Shown: in pieces, positions 9,244 through 19,088 of the stretch
How positions within the stretch are numbered: the stretch's first letter is position 1
Layout: each line of letters opens with the position of its first letter
Origin: a virus
Taxonomy: Duplodnaviria > Caudoviricetes
IMG/VR virus record: IMGVR_UViG_3300030613_000016
Span: 1-47,712 of that record
Length of the DNA stretch: 47,712 nt
Direction: 5' to 3' (one strand)
Notes under the pieces: generated by a model
What the model was told of the DNA's origin: nothing
The model's input: only the letters and a program-made list of their open reading frames with translations
Databases searched by the model: none
Made by a program: the position numbers and the translations under genes

Positions 9244-11091
9244 ATGATAACTACAGAACAATTATTTAGTTACCTTGAAAAAAAGATACCTACTTTTATT
9301 AAGACAAGAAAATCTAAATCAGGTGAATTATTATTCACTTGTCCTAACATTGTCAATCATAAATATAAATCTTCTCCATCGGCTACCTTTTCACCAAGTG
9401 GGAATATTGTATGTTTAATTTGTGGGTGGAAAGGTACAATGTTTGATGCTATTCGTATATTAGAAAAAGATAAACATAATAAAACTGATGCAGAGATTAC
9501 TGATTATCTTATTGAAGAATTACATTTAGATATGTATACAGAATTATCTGTTTATCATAATTATAGATTTGCTTTAATTCCTCTTTTACAAAATTCTAAG
9601 ATTCCTTTTGAAAAAGGATGGACAGAATCTTCTCACAAAGATAAAATAACATGGATTAAATGGTTAAATAACAGCCTAAACATTGGTATCAGAACTGGAG
9701 AAGTTAATGGGATTACAGTTATAGATGTCGATTTAAAAATTACTCCAACAGAAAAAGTAGAAGAAATTTATAAACTTTTAACTGCATTAGATACATTAAC
9801 ACAAGATACCCCACATGGAAAACATTTTTTAATTAAATATGATAAAGAATTACAACAAACAACAAATATAGGAGGGTTACATATAGATATTAGAAATGAT
9901 GGCGGACAGATTGTTGCTGCTCCTTCCAAAATAGATAATCTTACTTATAAATGGAAAAATTTAGGAAATGAAATTAAAACAATTACTCCAGAATTAAAAA
10001 TTAAATTATTAGAATTAATGAAAATACAAAATAATAATTCTATTGAAATTCCAGAAAAAAGGAATCCAACAGAACCACTTAAATTAAAAAATAATAATCT
10101 TGAAGGATGTTGTAATGATACTTTTATTTCTCTTGGAGGAATGTTTATAAAACAACTTTCTCCAGACCAAACTGAATTTGTTTTAAATGTTCTTAATAGA
10201 CACTTATTAGAAAATCCTATGCCTTCTACTGCAATAAAAGGAATGTTAAATTCTTTAGCAGATTATAAAGGAAATGATGAAGAAACTTATGAACAAACTA
10301 TTTATGATTACATGAGATTAATGCAGACAGATGTTACACCAAGAGATGTTATAGATAATACTAAATTACCACGAGCTATTGTTGATAAATATTTATCCAA
10401 ATTTGTAAAAGAAGGCAAGGCAGTTAGATTAGGTAGAGGTCGTTATCAATATAAAGAAAAAATTTCTTGGTCAGATTCTGCTCCAGAAATAATAAAAGAA
10501 TATGATAAAGATATACCATTATTTAATAATATTGCTCTTTTTGCTGGTGGAGATGTTATTCTTTTAGGTGGAAAACCAAATGATGGAAAAACTACTATTG
10601 CTTTAAATATTATTAGAGAAATGATAAACCAAAATATTAAACCTTATTACATTTATAGTGAAGCTGGTTCTCGTTTTCAAAAAACCAGCAAAACTCTAGA
10701 AATTACTGGAAAATATTATCATACATTTCATGAAAATCCTTTAGCAATTGAACTAGAATATAATGCTTTTTCAATTATAGATTGGTTATGTTTAGAAAAT
10801 AAAGCCGAAACCGATATTGTATTAAAACATTTAAATAATGAATTACAACGAAAAGGAGGAATTTTGGTTATTTTTACTCAACTTAAAGAAAATAATGAAT
10901 GGTTCGCACCAAATTTAATTACACATTTTCCTACTTTTGCAGCAAGATTATTTCAAGACAATCCAGAAAAAACAATAAATCATTGGCAATGTGATAAAAT
11001 AAAAGAACCAAAAGATTCATTTCATCAAACTTATATTCTTCCATGTACTTATGACCAAAAATCTAAAATTTATAAAATTCAAGGTATATAA
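9244..11091 (+). CDS. primase-helicase: Zn finger + bifunctional primase/polymerase + P-loop domain
   Basis: CPN..H..CLIC; NIGIRTG...VIDVD, TPHGKH, DIRNDGGQIVAAPS; Walker A GGKPNDGKTT. Confidence 0.85.
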   Translation: MITTEQLFSYLEKKIPTFIKTRKSKSGELLFTCPNIVNHKYKSSPSATFSPSGNIVCLICGWKGTMFDAIRILEKDKHNKTDAEITDYLIEELHLDMYTELSVYHNYRFALIPLLQNSKIPFEKGWTESSHKDKITWIKWLNNSLNIGIRTGEVNGITVIDVDLKITPTEKVEEIYKLLTALDTLTQDTPHGKHFLIKYDKELQQTTNIGGLHIDIRNDGGQIVAAPSKIDNLTYKWKNLGNEIKTITPELKIKLLELMKIQNNNSIEIPEKRNPTEPLKLKNNNLEGCCNDTFISLGGMFIKQLSPDQTEFVLNVLNRHLLENPMPSTAIKGMLNSLADYKGNDEETYEQTIYDYMRLMQTDVTPRDVIDNTKLPRAIVDKYLSKFVKEGKAVRLGRGRYQYKEKISWSDSAPEIIKEYDKDIPLFNNIALFAGGDVILLGGKPNDGKTTIALNIIREMINQNIKPYYIYSEAGSRFQKTSKTLEITGKYYHTFHENPLAIELEYNAFSIIDWLCLENKAETDIVLKHLNNELQRKGGILVIFTQLKENNEWFAPNLITHFPTFAARLFQDNPEKTINHWQCDKIKEPKDSFHQTYILPCTYDQKSKIYKIQGI

Positions 11092-11092
11092 T

Positions 11093-11251
11093 ATGATAAG
11101 AAAAGGCAATGTAATTCATCACATAGATTATAATAAATTAAATTGTCAATCAAATAATTTAATTTGTTTATGTAAAAAATGTAATAGTAAAGTTAATTTT
11201 AATCGTGATTATTGGTATGCTTATTTTAGATATATTATGGATTTAATTTAA
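11093..11251 (+). pseudogene. isolated HNH nuclease C-terminal fragment
   Basis: HHIDYNKLNC..NNLICLC..CN..VNFNRDYW, with no DNA-binding N-terminus. Confidence 0.65.
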
Positions 11252-11853
11252 TGAATAATCTTACTCAAAAAATACAGACATATTATATAAAAAATAGAGA
11301 AAAAATTCTTGAACAAAGAAAGAAATATTATCAAAATAATAAAAAAAGAGTTCTCAAGAAAAATAAAGATTATTATTTAGATAACAAAAAAAAGATTAGT
11401 ATTTATCAAAAAAAATATCATTTGAATAATAAAGAAAAACTTTGTAAACAAGCAAAAAAGTATTACTTAGATAATAAAGAAATAATCTTAAAAAAGCATG
11501 GATTATATGTTAAAAATAAACGTAAAATAAATATAAATTTTAAACTCAAGAATAGTTTAAGAAGTAGAATTCATCATGCTTTAAAAAATAATTCTAAATC
11601 TGAATCTACTATGAAATTAATGAATTGTTCTATTGAGAAATTAAAACAACATTTAGCAAAAAAATTTTATTCTAGAATAGACGGATTAAAAATGTCTTTT
11701 GACAACTATGGATTATGGCATATTGACCATATAAGACCCTGTGCAAGTTTTGATTTGAGTAAAGCAGACGAACAAGCAAAATGTTTTCACTATACTAATC
11801 TTCAGCCCTTATGGGCGAAAGAGAATAAGGAAAAAAGAGATAAAATATGTTAA
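11251..11853 (+). CDS. HNH homing endonuclease
   Basis: Basic repeats; WHIDHIRPCASFDL...NLQPLWAKEN. Confidence 0.9.
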   Translation: MNNLTQKIQTYYIKNREKILEQRKKYYQNNKKRVLKKNKDYYLDNKKKISIYQKKYHLNNKEKLCKQAKKYYLDNKEIILKKHGLYVKNKRKININFKLKNSLRSRIHHALKNNSKSESTMKLMNCSIEKLKQHLAKKFYSRIDGLKMSFDNYGLWHIDHIRPCASFDLSKADEQAKCFHYTNLQPLWAKENKEKRDKIC

Positions 11854-12080
11854 TTAAAAGTATACAAAAACTTAATGAACTTTATCATATATTTAAACGT
11901 TCTTTTGAATCTCTTAAAAAAATTGTAAAAAATCATTCTACAATTAAACAGAAATTAATTTTATCAGAACAGTTTTTAAATCAGGCATATATGTTGATAA
12001 AAGATGAATTAGAAACTACAGAACAAAAACGAGAATTTAATAAAATTATCAGAGGAGTTAAAAATGATAAAAATAAATAG
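11847..12080 (+). CDS. hypothetical protein
   Basis: Overlap-coupled ORF. Confidence 0.5.
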   Translation: MLIKSIQKLNELYHIFKRSFESLKKIVKNHSTIKQKLILSEQFLNQAYMLIKDELETTEQKREFNKIIRGVKNDKNK

Positions 12081-12276
12081 AGAAATCGCTAATTCATTAT
12101 TTGAAGTAATAGGTTATGGTAACATAGGGATTTATTGTTCACAGGGTGCAGTTATAGGAGATAATAATGAATTTGTAATAGTTTATACAGAAGAAACACA
12201 AGAAGTCTTTTTGGCTCATATTTCTGATTTTGAACAAGATGGTTTATTAATAAGATTAAAAAATGAAAACAAATAG
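12064..12276 (+). CDS. hypothetical protein
   Basis: SD GAGGAG; coupled. Confidence 0.55.
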   Translation: MIKINREIANSLFEVIGYGNIGIYCSQGAVIGDNNEFVIVYTEETQEVFLAHISDFEQDGLLIRLKNENK

Positions 12277-12616
12277 AGAAAAAGGAAAACAATTAGAATT
12301 TGCAGTTGCTCAGAGGTTACAAATTGCTTTTAATGACAGGGCAATAAGACCTACAAAAGCATCTGGAGCATCTACTGAATTGGGAGATATTAAGAATTCT
12401 TTTTTATTAATTGAATGTAAAAAAAGAAATACAGAATCAGTAACTATTAATCATGCAGTTTGGAAACATTTGATTAGACAATTGCCTATTAATTCAAAAA
12501 GAATACCTCTATTAGTATTAGAAAATAAAGAAGGAAGACAATGGGCTGTTATGGATTTAAATGATTTGCAGAGGTTGTTAGAGAAATGTTATAATGCTAC
12601 GGGAGATATACAATAA
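12263..12616 (+). CDS. Hjc-type (PD-(D/E)XK) Holliday junction resolvase
   Basis: KGKQLE...SGA...GDI...IECKK. Confidence 0.75.
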   Translation: MKTNREKGKQLEFAVAQRLQIAFNDRAIRPTKASGASTELGDIKNSFLLIECKKRNTESVTINHAVWKHLIRQLPINSKRIPLLVLENKEGRQWAVMDLNDLQRLLEKCYNATGDIQ

Positions 12617-12741
12617 TGTTTATTATAAAAATTTGCGATTTATGTGGACAAGATTATATGTATCATGCATTAGAAAGTGAATTTGCTAATATTTGTCAAG
12701 AATGTATTGAATTAATAGAACGTTTACAAGTAGGATTATAA

Positions 12742-12924
12742 ATGAGAAAAATAATTGCTTATTGTTTCCATTGTAAAAAAGATACTGAACAAAATGCGGT
12801 AGTAGAATCTTATCTAGGATTGGATGGAATTACAATTCATATTAATTATTGGACAAGATGTAACGAATGTGGTGAAAATGTTATTAACAAAACTAAAGAA
12901 ATTAATAGTGAGGATTTAGAATGA
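12742..12924 (+). CDS. small zinc-ribbon protein
   Basis: CFHC...CNEC. Confidence 0.55.
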   Translation: MRKIIAYCFHCKKDTEQNAVVESYLGLDGITIHINYWTRCNECGENVINKTKEINSEDLE

Positions 12925-13112
12925 AAACTTTTGTTTGGTTACAAATAGAACCAGAAAAAAATAGAATAAATAGAGATTTATTAGAATCTATGGGATTAGA
13001 AGTATCAGGAGGAAATGCAAGAGGATATTCTGATTATGAGGGATTTATTACGAATGAACAAATAGAAATAATTAAAAAAATTTCTACAATACATTTACAT
13101 ATTCATCCATAA
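12921..13112 (+). CDS. hypothetical protein
   Basis: ATGA overlap, SD GAGG. Confidence 0.5.
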   Translation: MKTFVWLQIEPEKNRINRDLLESMGLEVSGGNARGYSDYEGFITNEQIEIIKKISTIHLHIHP

Positions 13113-13113
13113 T

Positions 13114-13362
13114 TTGAAAGAAATGAATAAACTTAGAATAAAAGAACCAATCTGGATTTCAAAATCAATTGGTATTGCTGCCAAAAGAGTATTTGCTGAC
13201 TTAGAAATAGAAATAATGTACAAGGATAAATACGGAAATAGAGTTTATCCTGCTACTTATAAAATTATAAAAGAAAAAATAATTACATATCCCTATAGAT
13301 ATATTGGGGGTAATAGAATTTATATTATTCCGATTTCTGAACTAATTATTATACAAAAATGA
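13114..13362 (+). CDS. hypothetical protein
   Basis: ORF in a coupled array. Confidence 0.55.
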   Translation: MKEMNKLRIKEPIWISKSIGIAAKRVFADLEIEIMYKDKYGNRVYPATYKIIKEKIITYPYRYIGGNRIYIIPISELIIIQK

Positions 13363-13898
13363 AAACTAAAATTTGTAGTAGATGTAAATTAGAACAACTA
13401 ATATCCGAATTTTATAAAAATAATAAAAGAAAAGATGGATTGTGTTGTTATTGTAAAAATTGTTATAAAACTTATCAAAAAACTCATAAAACACATAGGA
13501 AAAAAATAAATCAAAAATATCGAGAAGAACACAAAGAAGAAATGAAAGAATATCAAAAAGAATATAGTCAATTGGCTAAAGGAATTTATAATAATTTAAA
13601 AGGAAATGCAACGTATAGAAATATTAAATTTAATATTAAAAAAGAAGATTTTATAAATTGGTATGAAAAGGAATTAAAAAAATGTTACTATTGTAATAGA
13701 ATGTTAGAAGATATAAGACAGGATATAAAAGAAGGAAAAGAAAACAAAAATAGATTAAGTATAGATAGAAAAAATAATCATAAAGGTTACGAATTAGATA
13801 ATATAGTTTTAGCATGTAGAAGATGTAATATAATTAAAGGCGATTATTTTACCGAAAAAGAGATGCTACAATTGGGAAAAATATTATATTCTATTTGA
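13359..13898 (+). CDS. HNH homing endonuclease
   Basis: CSRC...CKNC; CYYC; SIDRKNNHKGYELDNIVLACRRCNIIK. Confidence 0.85.
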   Translation: MKTKICSRCKLEQLISEFYKNNKRKDGLCCYCKNCYKTYQKTHKTHRKKINQKYREEHKEEMKEYQKEYSQLAKGIYNNLKGNATYRNIKFNIKKEDFINWYEKELKKCYYCNRMLEDIRQDIKEGKENKNRLSIDRKNNHKGYELDNIVLACRRCNIIKGDYFTEKEMLQLGKILYSI

Positions 13899-14104
13899 TA
13901 AAAGATTTAACAATCAGGGAGCAATAATGTTGATTTGTAATAGATGTAAAAAAGAAACTTATTCTACAATTAATGATAAATGTTCTGATTGTTATTATAA
14001 TTGGGAAGGATTAGATTTATTTTTTAAAATTGGCATAATAATTTTGACAATTTTATTTACTATACAATTTACATTGATTTTAATCGGTTTAATAGGAGGA
14101 TAAT

Positions 14105-14224
14105 ATGTATTATTGTAATAATTGTGATATTGCTCATGAAGAAAGAAATTGTCCTCTTTGTGAAGCAAAAGAAGAAATTACCAGATTAGAAAAAGAAATA
14201 GAAAGAATAAACAATTTAGAATAG
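14105..14224 (+). CDS. Zn-finger microprotein, paralog of 29104-29298 (not in ORF track)
   Basis: SD AGGAGG; MYYCNNCDIAHEERNCPLCEAKEEITRLEKEIE. Confidence 0.65.
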   Translation: MYYCNNCDIAHEERNCPLCEAKEEITRLEKEIERINNLE

Positions 14225-14234
14225 GAGTAAATAA

Positions 14235-14456
14235 ATGTATAACCCCCTTTCAGATTTAGGAAGATTAGCATCAGAAGTTCAAGACTTAGAAAGAAAGTTA
14301 AATAATAAAGTAGATGATTACGAAATCGATACTATAAAAAATGAATTATCAAAAATTACATACCAAATTTTATCTATCGAAAATACATTAAGTTATGTAC
14401 AAAATGATATTATTGAACTTAAACGAAAATTAGAACTGGAGATTACCAATGGGTAG
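14235..14456 (+). CDS. coiled-coil hypothetical protein
   Basis: SD AGGAG; heptad pattern. Confidence 0.6.
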   Translation: MYNPLSDLGRLASEVQDLERKLNNKVDDYEIDTIKNELSKITYQILSIENTLSYVQNDIIELKRKLELEITNG

Positions 14457-15441
14457 AAAAAAAGGTGGAAAAAATAAAAAAATGGAAATTGGTGGACATC
14501 AAACTAATATTCCTATGGAAAAAAAAGTAGAATCTAATCCTTTAATCGAAAAAAATAATATACAAGTCTCTCAAGAAAGAAAAGATAAATTAAATACAGT
14601 TTTGAGGGAGATTAATAAAATTATTCCTGATGCGATTAAGTATGCTAATACAATAGAGGAAAGGCAAAGAATTCCTTTTAAACATAAATGTCTAAATGAC
14701 CTAACAGGTGGTGGAATTGTCAAAGGTCTTCATACAGTTATTTGGGGAAGTAAAGCCTGTGGAAAAACTACTGAAGTATTAGATTTAATTGCTAAAGCTC
14801 AAGAACTTGGAAATATCTGTGTTTATATAAATGGGGAGCATACTTATGACCCAGTTTATGCAGAAAAACGAGGAGTTGATACCAAATCGTTAGTTATAGA
14901 AGATGTGGATAAATTAGAAGATGGATTAGATACGATTATTAAACTTTGTAAAGCAAATGTAGTAGACCTTATTATTTTTGATTCAATACATGGTCTCGCA
15001 CCCAAAGCAGAAATGTATGCTGGAAAAGGTGAAAAAGATAAATCTACAGCAGATAGTAACATGGCATTAAGAGCTAGAGCAATGACACAATATTTTGAAA
15101 TGGGTATGGCTTTTGTTTCAAAAGCTAAATGTGCAGTTGTATTAATTGCACAATCTAGAATGGATTTGGGTGCTTTTATTAAATTAGAAACATTAACAGG
15201 TGGACATGCTTTAATGCATAATAGTAGATTGACTTTAAGATTTAGAAGAGGACAAAAGGCTGATGCTCCTGTTGAAAAAGTTGCAACTGGAAAATTAACA
15301 GAAAAGGGCAAACCAGAAACAGAAAATGTACAAATCGGATTTGACCTTGTTGTGCATGTGGATAAAAGTCAGATTCCAGAATGTACAGAAGGACAAGAGT
15401 TGCATGTGCCCTTTTATTATAAAGAAGGAATAAAAGAATGA
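14449..15441 (+). CDS. recA: RecA/UvsX-family recombinase
   Basis: GGGIVKG, Walker A GSKACGKTT, EH.YDP.YA, IIFDSI, MALRARAM, TGGHAL. Confidence 0.9.
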   Translation: MGRKKGGKNKKMEIGGHQTNIPMEKKVESNPLIEKNNIQVSQERKDKLNTVLREINKIIPDAIKYANTIEERQRIPFKHKCLNDLTGGGIVKGLHTVIWGSKACGKTTEVLDLIAKAQELGNICVYINGEHTYDPVYAEKRGVDTKSLVIEDVDKLEDGLDTIIKLCKANVVDLIIFDSIHGLAPKAEMYAGKGEKDKSTADSNMALRARAMTQYFEMGMAFVSKAKCAVVLIAQSRMDLGAFIKLETLTGGHALMHNSRLTLRFRRGQKADAPVEKVATGKLTEKGKPETENVQIGFDLVVHVDKSQIPECTEGQELHVPFYYKEGIKE

Positions 15442-15629
15442 TTCATCATAATTTAAAAGGACGTTTAGAATTTAATTCAATGCAAGTTTATTCTGATAAA
15501 AAATTAGCTATATTAAATTTATGGTATAATTATGTACCGATAACATTATTTATGGAAGAAAAACATGTTAAAAAATTAATTGAATTAATTATGAAAGAAG
15601 ATTTAAAATTAACAGAGGTAATTAAATGA
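15438..15629 (+). CDS. hypothetical protein
   Basis: ATGA-coupled. Confidence 0.5.
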   Translation: MIHHNLKGRLEFNSMQVYSDKKLAILNLWYNYVPITLFMEEKHVKKLIELIMKEDLKLTEVIK

Positions 15630-16081
15630 AAATACCCAAAAGAACTTTATTAGATGAAGTAAGATATTATTGTTTTTATGCTCCTATAAGATGGTTAGAT
15701 ATGTTACCAAGAAGAATTTATTGGTTTTTTCAAAGGGGATTTAGGGGTTATGGAGATAATGATACTTGGGATTTTGATTTGTATCTTGCAGAAGTAATAA
15801 GTAAGGGATTAAAACAACTTAAAAAATATAATCATGGAATTCCTGGTGATATTTATAAAAAATATAAAGATAGAAAAGATTTAACCCAAAAACAAAAAGA
15901 TAAATTAGCAATAAAACATTGGAATATGATATTAGATATTATTATAAGAGGATTTGAATTAGTACCAGAATTATTTGAAGTAAAAGTTTTAAAAAATAAA
16001 AAATTAAAAAATGGATATATGTATGAATTAGAACGAGCTTTTGATTTCTTACGTAAATATTATTTTAATCTTTGGGATTAA
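15626..16081 (+). CDS. phage hypothetical protein
   Basis: RGYGDNDTWDFD...GLKQLK...YFNLWD; SD GAGGT. Confidence 0.65.
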   Translation: MKIPKRTLLDEVRYYCFYAPIRWLDMLPRRIYWFFQRGFRGYGDNDTWDFDLYLAEVISKGLKQLKKYNHGIPGDIYKKYKDRKDLTQKQKDKLAIKHWNMILDIIIRGFELVPELFEVKVLKNKKLKNGYMYELERAFDFLRKYYFNLWD

Positions 16082-16243
16082 GGAGTATAAAATGAATAAA
16101 ACAGGGAAAACATTAGAACAAATAATTTATGAAGTTTTAAAAGGTAGACCATTTGATAATGTAGTAAAAGAAAATGAAGATTTATATGATGCTTGGTGTT
16201 TAAGAATAGCCGAAACCGTAGATATGTATTTAGAAGAAAAAAA

Positions 16244-16614
16244 ATGAAAATTTTAGTACTTGAAGATAATCAGGAAAGACAAGAAAAATTTAAACAATTA
16301 TTTAGAAATCAAGAATTATTTCTTATGATAATGTTAAAGATGCCTTTCATATTTGTTTAACTATTAATTTTCAATTGATGTTTCTTGACCACGATTTGGG
16401 TGGAAGAATTTGGACAGATTCTGGTGAAGAAAATACAGGTTATCAATTTGTAAAATGGATAATAGAAGAAAATAAACAAAAAAATACACTTATTTATATT
16501 CATTCGATGAATCCAATCGGAGCAAATAAAATGCTTAATTTATTATTGGATAATAAGTATGATGGAATTTGGATTCCTTTTAATTTAATAAACTTGGAGG
16601 AAATAAATGGATAG
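16244..16614 (+). pseudogene. cyclic-phosphate-processing receiver-like domain, frameshifted
   Basis: MKILVLEDNQER in one frame and YDNVKDA...FLDHDLG...TGY...IHSMNPIGA in the -1 frame. Confidence 0.7.
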
Positions 16615-17311
16615 AGATAGAGAAATTCAAAGACAAACAAATTTAAAACAAAATCAAGGCAAATCTCCTGAAGAAATTGCACAATTAGTTGATAAAAAAA
16701 TTCAAGAAGAAGAATTATTAAATTCATTTGTTGGTTTAGATGAAATTGAACAAAAAAAAGCTATACAACTTTATGAACGATATGTAACTGAACATTCTTT
16801 TGAATCTTTGGCAGAAAAAAGTACATTAGTAAATTTGGTTTATCTTGAAATTTTGAATGACCGAATCAAATTATTTATTAAACAAGAAGGCGAAGAAAAA
16901 AAAGGAGCAATACCTTTAAGAATGAATGAACAATTAACATTTAATACTACGCAGATAATGTCATTAAAAGAAAAATTAGGCATGCTTAAAAATAAAGAAG
17001 ATGAATCTGCATTGGATTTAATTAATGAATTAAAAGAAAAGGCTCTTACCTATTATAATGAACATAGTGGAGAAACTTATGTAAAATGTCCAGAATGTCA
17101 GAATTTATTTAGACTTCTTATGAAAGTAGATGGATTAGAACCTGCAAAGGCTACTTTCTTTCGTGGCACGACCCTTTACAACGTTAAATTAATGGAGTTG
17201 TATCATTATAAAAAAGTAACATTAGAAGATTGTGCAGAAATAATGGGAGTTAATAGTAAGTATATTACTTTTATTTATGAAAATATTTATTTAAAACCAA
17301 AGGGAGAATAA
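16607..17311 (+). CDS. hypothetical protein, candidate terminase small subunit
   Basis: Helical, CPEC, C-terminal HTH-like TLEDCAEIMGV; lies just upstream of the terminase. Confidence 0.4.
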   Translation: MDRDREIQRQTNLKQNQGKSPEEIAQLVDKKIQEEELLNSFVGLDEIEQKKAIQLYERYVTEHSFESLAEKSTLVNLVYLEILNDRIKLFIKQEGEEKKGAIPLRMNEQLTFNTTQIMSLKEKLGMLKNKEDESALDLINELKEKALTYYNEHSGETYVKCPECQNLFRLLMKVDGLEPAKATFFRGTTLYNVKLMELYHYKKVTLEDCAEIMGVNSKYITFIYENIYLKPKGE

Positions 17312-17474
17312 TATGAAAGTTAAAGAATTGATAAATATTTTATATCATTATGGACAGAATGATGAAGTTAAATTAGATTTAGACCATTGCAAAAATCCAG
17401 ATGATTTTACATTTGAAGAAGAACAAACAGCAAATATATTAAAAATTACTCAAGGCAATTGTGGATTATAAAAA

Positions 17475-19088
17475 ATGATAGCCAAGATTAAAGAAAATGA
17501 TTTAAAGATTTTTCAGGTCTTATCTCATCCGATTGGATGTGCCGAAACTATGTTTCATGATTTTGAGTCATTAGGAATATTTGATAAGAATAAATTCGGG
17601 CATATTCGTGTTTATCAATATCCTATGTTAAGTTATGATAATTTATTTTTAAATGACCCCAAATTATCTAAAGAAAAAAACATAGAAATAAAAAATAATT
17701 TAGCCGAAAGTTATAATCTTGGAGGTCGTCTTACAGGTAAATCAATTGTTTCTATTACAATAGATGTATTAGTTTGTACTTTTAATCAAGTTTATAAATG
17801 GGCTGTTATTTCTTCTTATGATAAACTTCATGTAATGGAGATTTTTGAAAAATTAATTAATTCTTTTGAAAATCATAAAATAATGAAAATTTTAAATTAT
17901 CATCCTTTGCGTAGTCCGACTTATAAATTAAATTTTGCAAGTGGATTATTATTAGAAAGTGTAAATCAAAATATTACTGGAAAGAATCCAGGTGGACAAT
18001 ATTTTGGTAAGCACTATGACAGACAATACATGGAAGAATCAAGTTATCTTAATAAAGATGTTTCTGGTAAAATGCTTATGGCACAATCTGAAAATGGATG
18101 TATAAATCGTTTTTCTGGTATGACTACATTTACAAAAACATCTCCAGTAGGTGAGATATTTTTTGACCTCAAGAATAAAAAGAAAATAATTAATCTTCCT
18201 TCTTATATTAATCCTACGTGGAATGATAAAAAAGAAGCCGATGCTATAAAAGAATTCGGTGGCAAGGATTCTCCAGGTTATCAGGTTCAAATCGATGGTA
18301 AAGTAATTGAAGGAGCAGAAAGTGTATTTGATATTCAGAGAATTAGACAAACTTATATTTTGGATAAAAAAGGAATGGGAATACCTATTAAATCATTTGA
18401 GGTAAACAAAGATTCATTTTTTAGATATAAAGAAATTGTTATTGTTGAAAAACCAATCAATGCAGAATTTTTAGGAATTTATTTTGACGTGGGAGAAGGC
18501 GGTGCCCCTTCGGAATATATTATAATTTCCAAAACAAATCAAATTTATAGATATATATATCGGATTACTACCTTTCAATTATCACCAGATGAAGAACAAC
18601 AATTTGGAGATTATCTAATAGAAATATTACAACCAAATATTATTGGTTTAGACCATTCAAGTGGAGTAGGAAAAGCATTATATAGTCATTTTATTAAAAA
18701 ATATCCCGAAAATATAATTCCTGTAGATTTTAATGCAAACATAGAAATAGATTTTGAACGAGATGCAAAAGGTAAAGAACTAAGAGATAATGAAGGACAT
18801 CCAATTATGAAAAAAGCTAATATGATAGATTGGTCTATTCAATGTTTAAAGAATCTATTCTATAATAAAAAGATACAAATGTATGAAGACATTAAGTTTG
18901 ATACACAAGTGAACAATGTTATTACTGTTAAAAGTAAACAAGGAAAAATGTTATATTCTTGTAAAACTGCAAACCATTTATTTCAAGCCTTCCAAGTGTT
19001 TGCGATTTGTGATTTTTTAACAGAATTGAAAAATATTAAACCTATACAAAAAAAGAAACCAGGATTGGGTGCATTTGGGAGTGCTTAA
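17475..19088 (+). CDS. terminase large subunit
   Basis: Walker A GGRLTGKS, Walker B-like YMEE, nuclease YFDVG and IGLDHSSGVG. Confidence 0.75.
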   Translation: MIAKIKENDLKIFQVLSHPIGCAETMFHDFESLGIFDKNKFGHIRVYQYPMLSYDNLFLNDPKLSKEKNIEIKNNLAESYNLGGRLTGKSIVSITIDVLVCTFNQVYKWAVISSYDKLHVMEIFEKLINSFENHKIMKILNYHPLRSPTYKLNFASGLLLESVNQNITGKNPGGQYFGKHYDRQYMEESSYLNKDVSGKMLMAQSENGCINRFSGMTTFTKTSPVGEIFFDLKNKKKIINLPSYINPTWNDKKEADAIKEFGGKDSPGYQVQIDGKVIEGAESVFDIQRIRQTYILDKKGMGIPIKSFEVNKDSFFRYKEIVIVEKPINAEFLGIYFDVGEGGAPSEYIIISKTNQIYRYIYRITTFQLSPDEEQQFGDYLIEILQPNIIGLDHSSGVGKALYSHFIKKYPENIIPVDFNANIEIDFERDAKGKELRDNEGHPIMKKANMIDWSIQCLKNLFYNKKIQMYEDIKFDTQVNNVITVKSKQGKMLYSCKTANHLFQAFQVFAICDFLTELKNIKPIQKKKPGLGAFGSA

